A DNA stretch of 64,000 nucleotides from an uncultured delta proteobacterium (GTDB lineage Bacteria > Desulfobacterota > Binatia > UBA9968). The notes beneath the pieces are model-generated. The model was not told the origin of the DNA. It saw nothing but the letters and a program-made list of their open reading frames with translations, and did no database searches. Position 1 is the first letter of the stretch, and each line of letters starts with the position of its first letter. Where the stretch lies: positions 32,001 to 96,000 of the forward strand of contig CAVWLW010000057.1 of assembly GCA_963755715.1 (NCBI GenBank), read 5' to 3'. A program made the translations under genes and the position numbers. Below are positions 58,714-64,000 of the stretch, piece by piece.

Positions 58714-59802
58714 TTATCCCTTTGCCTTTTCAATCTTATCGCGGACCAACCGGCCCATTTCCTTGCAGCCAACCAACTTGCAGCCCGGCTCTTGTATATC
58801 CGCCGTTCGGTACCCCTCATTCAACACTGCCTCGACTGCGCTATCGATCCGATCCGCCGCCGCCGCTTGATCGAAACGAATGACGCAACATCATCGCCAC
58901 GCTCAAAATAGTCGCCAGCGGATTGGCCTTGTCCTGGCCCATGATGTCAGGTGCGGTGCCATGCACGGGCTCGTACATGCCGACCTTGCCGCCGAGACTG
59001 GCCGACGGCAACATACCGATGGAGCCGGTAAGCATCGCCGCTTCGTCGCTTAGAATATCGCCGAACATGTTCGTCGTCACCACCACGTCGAACTGCTTGG
59101 GATTGCGGATCAACTGCATGGCGCAGTTATCGACCAGCATATGCTCCAGTTGCACGCCGGCGTAGCCCTCGTCTTTATGCACCCGTGTCACCACCCTGCG
59201 CCAGAGCTCCGTCACCTCTAATACGTTGGCTTTATCGACAGACGTCACTTTCTTGCGCCGCTTGAGCGCCGCTTGAAATGCCACGTGAGCGATGCGCTCG
59301 ATCTCCGGCGTCGTGTACACTTCCGTATTGACGCCGCGCTCGGTGCCATCCGGCAGTTTCGTCACGCCTTTGGGCTGGCCGAAGTAAATGCCGCCGGTGA
59401 GCTCGCGCACCACGAGCAAATCCGTACCCTCGACGACCTCGCGCTTCAGCGTCGATGCCGAGGCGAGGGCGGAAAACAATTTTACCGGCCGAAGGTTGGC
59501 GAACAAGCCAAGCTCCTGGCGCAAGCCCAACAGCGCTCTTTCAGGGCGAATCGAGTAATCGAGGCCGTCCCACTTGGGGCCGCCCATGGCGCCGAGCAAT
59601 ACCGCGTCGCTCTGTTTGGTTAAATTGAGCACCGGATCGGTGAGCGGCTTACCGTGCGCGTCGATCGACGCGCCGCCGACAATCCCGTATTCCAGCTCCA
59701 CGCCGAAGCTATAAAGCTTCGCGACTTGTTGGAGCACCTGCGTGCCTTCGCCCATCACCTCAGGGCCGATGCCGTCTCCCGGTAAAACTGCAATTTTGTA
59801 GT

Positions 59803-59806
<4 letters not shown>
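58714..59806 (-). CDS. leuB: 3-isopropylmalate dehydrogenase, frameshift near 58875
   Basis: [37 protein letters not shown] and [10 protein letters not shown]. Removing one base restores [29 protein letters not shown]...EMGRLV to a TAA at 58714. Confidence 0.95.
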
Positions 59807-61359
<1,553 letters not shown>

Positions 61360-61399
61360 TTTACTATCTCCTCGAGGTTTGATCCGTTGGCTCGCCCAG

Positions 61400-61433
61400 A
61401 AACAAAAACTCCCGCGGCAGGGCCAACGGGAGT
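61400..61433 (-). terminator. Terminator-like hairpin in the pssA-leuA spacer
   Basis: Minus strand ACTCCCG-TTGGCCCTGCCG-CGGGAGT-TTTTGTTT. Confidence 0.6.
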
Positions 61434-61463
61434 ATCAATTTACTTTTGACTAGAGCCAGGATC

Positions 61464-62312
61464 TTACGGCATCGCGTGCGCCGCCTCCCGTCTCCTCTCC
61501 CGCTGGTGCTTGTAGGTCGTTAAGCACCATAACAGAGGCCCGGATAACGTGTACAGTAAGACGATCGTGAAGAACATAATCTGCCTTTGAGCAATGATCA
61601 GTGTAATCAAAATAAACCCGGAAACCAACATCCAAATCGGATGACGCCTTTTAACGTCGTTATTTTTCAAGCTGAAGTACGGAATATTGCTTACCATCAA
61701 TACCGCCAAGCCGTAAATAACCAGCAACAAGGTCAAATGCCGGCTGGGCGATCCTTCGCCACCCAAAAAGTAATATAGGATCACGGTCGAAGTGATCATT
61801 TGCGCCGCCGCCGGGATCGGCAGACCGACAAAATGACTCTTCGACACCCCTAACGACTGAACGTTGAAACGGGACAATCGCAACGCCCCGCAAACGACGT
61901 AAGTACACGCCGCCAGCCAGCCCCAAGTCTCCCACGGCACCAACGCCCAGAGATAGACCAAAACCGCCGGCGCAACGCCGAACGAAACCACATCCGCCAG
62001 CGAATCGAACTCGACGCCGAACTGGCTGGTGGTCTTGGTCAGGCGCGCAGCATAGCCGTCGATGCCGTCGAACACATTGGCTAACAAGATGAGCAACGCG
62101 GCGGTGATGTAATCGCCACGAAAGGTGGCGATGATGGAGAAAAAACCGCACATGAGATTGCCCGCGGTAAACAAGCTCGGGATCAAATAAACGCCGCGGC
62201 GCAGCTTTTCCTTGGGCATGCGATGGCGCAGCGGCACGCGCGGCCGGCCACGCCGGCGCAGCAGCCGAACATTGCCGCTCTCCTGGACTGGATTGGGGTC
62301 CATCGCACTCAT
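61464..62312 (-). CDS. pssA: CDP-diacylglycerol--serine O-phosphatidyltransferase
   Basis: LIPSLFTAGN, FDGIDGYAAR, FDSLADVVSFGVAP, RLSRFN and FVGLPIP motifs; ATGA overlap with psd. Confidence 0.93.
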   Translation of the reverse strand: MSAMDPNPVQESGNVRLLRRRGRPRVPLRHRMPKEKLRRGVYLIPSLFTAGNLMCGFFSIIATFRGDYITAALLILLANVFDGIDGYAARLTKTTSQFGVEFDSLADVVSFGVAPAVLVYLWALVPWETWGWLAACTYVVCGALRLSRFNVQSLGVSKSHFVGLPIPAAAQMITSTVILYYFLGGEGSPSRHLTLLLVIYGLAVLMVSNIPYFSLKNNDVKRRHPIWMLVSGFILITLIIAQRQIMFFTIVLLYTLSGPLLWCLTTYKHQRERRREAAHAMP

Positions 62313-62938
62313 ACAAACCTCGCTATGATGGTTTCGCCGCCCTTCACTCGTTGTCCTTCCGTGACTTCGATCCGGCAACCGCGCGGCAGATAAGCGTCCG
62401 TGCGTGAGCCGAACATGATCAGACCGAAACGCTCGCCACGCTTTAGGTTGTCGCCGCGGCTAACCCGACAAATGATCCGCCGCGCTACTACGCCCGCGAT
62501 TTGCACAACTGACAACGCGCGCCCCTGCTCATCGAGAAGCTTTAAAGCGTTCTGTTCGTTGTGCTCTGACGCCGCTTCTTTGTACGCCGCAAAAAACTTC
62601 CCCCGCTGGTAATTGACTTGTTCGACCTTCCCGCTAACCGGACTTCGATTGATGTGCACGTCGAGGGGCGAAAGAAAAATACTCACCCGCGCCGCCGCCT
62701 CGGCAAACTTGGGATCGTCTTTGATATTGGCAATACTCACCACTCTACCATCCGCGGGAGATACGATCAGCCCTTCGCCAGTCGGAATCGTACGTTCCGG
62801 ATCGCGAAAAAACGCCGCGATTGCCAGCGTACATATTCCCAGTATAACGCCGATCGCCACCCAACCAAGCACAAATGCCAAAATCGTGACAACCGCCGCC
62901 GCCACGATGAGTGGATAACCTTCCCGTGCGATTTTCAT
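62309..62938 (-). CDS. psd: Phosphatidylserine decarboxylase proenzyme
   Basis: FFRDPER, VSPADG, IFLSPLDVHINRSP and FGLIMFGSRTD (GS cleavage site). Confidence 0.94.
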   Translation of the reverse strand: MKIAREGYPLIVAAAVVTILAFVLGWVAIGVILGICTLAIAAFFRDPERTIPTGEGLIVSPADGRVVSIANIKDDPKFAEAAARVSIFLSPLDVHINRSPVSGKVEQVNYQRGKFFAAYKEAASEHNEQNALKLLDEQGRALSVVQIAGVVARRIICRVSRGDNLKRGERFGLIMFGSRTDAYLPRGCRIEVTEGQRVKGGETIIARFV

Positions 62939-62982
62939 CCGCTTTCACAGCCTGCTCGATCGATTCGCTCAGAATGCGGCGC

Positions 62983-63999
62983 CTAGTTCCGGGTTTTGTC
63001 GACCAGGCGATTTTGCGCCAGCCACGGCATCATCGCGCGCAAGCCCTCACCGACCTTTTCGAGCGGATGATTGGCCGCTTCTTTGCGCAGCTCGGTGAAA
63101 TGCGGACTGCCGCATTTGTATTCGTTGATCCACTCCTCGGCGAATTTGCCGGATTGGATGTCCTTCAAAATCTGCTCCATCGCCTGGCGCACCTCGGGTC
63201 CGATCACTCGTTTGCCCCGCGTCAAGTCGCCGTATTCCGCCGTGTTGCTGATCGAATAACGCATGTTGGTCAAGCCGCCTTCGTAGATCAAGTCGACGAT
63301 CAGCTTGACTTCATGGACGCATTCAAAATAAGCCATCTCCGGCGGATAACCCGCGTTGACCAGAGTGTCGTAACCGGCTTGGATCAGCGCGCAAAGCCCG
63401 CCGCACAAAACCGATTGCTCGCCAAACAGATCGGTTTCCGTTTCATCTTTAAACGTCGTTTCGATAACCGCGGCGCGAGCACCACCGATGGCGCTGGCGT
63501 AAGCCAATCCGATTTTTTTTGTGTCGCCCGATGGATCTTGATGCAGCGCGAGCAAACAGGGCACGCCGCGGCCTTTTTGATACTCGCTGCGGACCAGATG
63601 GCCAGGCCCCTTGGGCGCAACCATAAAAACATTTACCCCGGCGGGCGGCACGACGCGTTTGAAATGGATGTTGAAACCATGACCGAAAGCGAGATAATTG
63701 CCGTTCTTGAGGCCCGGCTTAATTTCCTTCTCGTAAGCGTCGCCTTGCAGCTCATCAGGCAACAAGATCATTACGATGTCAGCCGCGGCCGCGGCATCCG
63801 CTGTTTCCGCGACCTTGAGGCCGGTGGCCTCGGCTTTTGGCCATGAACTGCTATCGCGTCGGAGACCCACAACAACTTCCACACCTGAATCGCGCAGGTT
63901 ATTCGCATGCGCATGACCCTGACTGCCGTACCCAAGGACGGCAACTTTCTTGCCCTTGAGCACGCCCAGATCGGCGTCTCGATCGTAGTAAACTTGCAT
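62983..63999 (-). CDS. ilvC: Ketol-acid reductoisomerase
   Basis: [36 protein letters not shown] and [10 protein letters not shown] motifs. Confidence 0.97.
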   Translation of the reverse strand: MQVYYDRDADLGVLKGKKVAVLGYGSQGHAHANNLRDSGVEVVVGLRRDSSSWPKAEATGLKVAETADAAAAADIVMILLPDELQGDAYEKEIKPGLKNGNYLAFGHGFNIHFKRVVPPAGVNVFMVAPKGPGHLVRSEYQKGRGVPCLLALHQDPSGDTKKIGLAYASAIGGARAAVIETTFKDETETDLFGEQSVLCGGLCALIQAGYDTLVNAGYPPEMAYFECVHEVKLIVDLIYEGGLTNMRYSISNTAEYGDLTRGKRVIGPEVRQAMEQILKDIQSGKFAEEWINEYKCGSPHFTELRKEAANHPLEKVGEGLRAMMPWLAQNRLVDKTRN

Positions 64000-64000
64000 T

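Overview
Bacterial chromosomal window, gene-dense and moderately GC-rich, with no rRNA, tRNA, CRISPR array or intact mobile element that I could see. The right end (53.5-64 kb, minus strand) is a housekeeping block: ilvC-psd-pssA-leuA-leuB-asd-truA, then an inserted deacetylase, then leuC-leuD. The rest is accessory metabolism: many orphan ABC solute-binding proteins, a Liv-type and a NitT/TauT-type ABC transporter, amidohydrolases, cupins, VOC proteins, dienelactone hydrolases and two orphan GAF histidine kinases. This content is reminiscent of Candidatus Binatia or related deltaproteobacteria-like lineages (inference only). The main hidden signal is two selenoprotein genes that the ORF track splits at in-frame UGA codons, each followed by a SECIS-like hairpin. 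The first is a GrdB-family protein with an atypical UxxSxxS motif, paired with a GrdE-like protein lacking the usual Asn-Cys pyruvoyl site, with no grdA/C/D nearby. The second is a 541-aa UGSC-motif fusion protein directly downstream of nadA. Also notable are an unannotated 21-aa CxxC basic peptide with its own promoter-like sequence, RBS and terminator, and two tandem membrane sensor-HAMP proteins with no output domain. Several single-base frameshifts, including one in leuB, suggest indel errors in the assembly, so frameshifted genes are mostly treated as intact.
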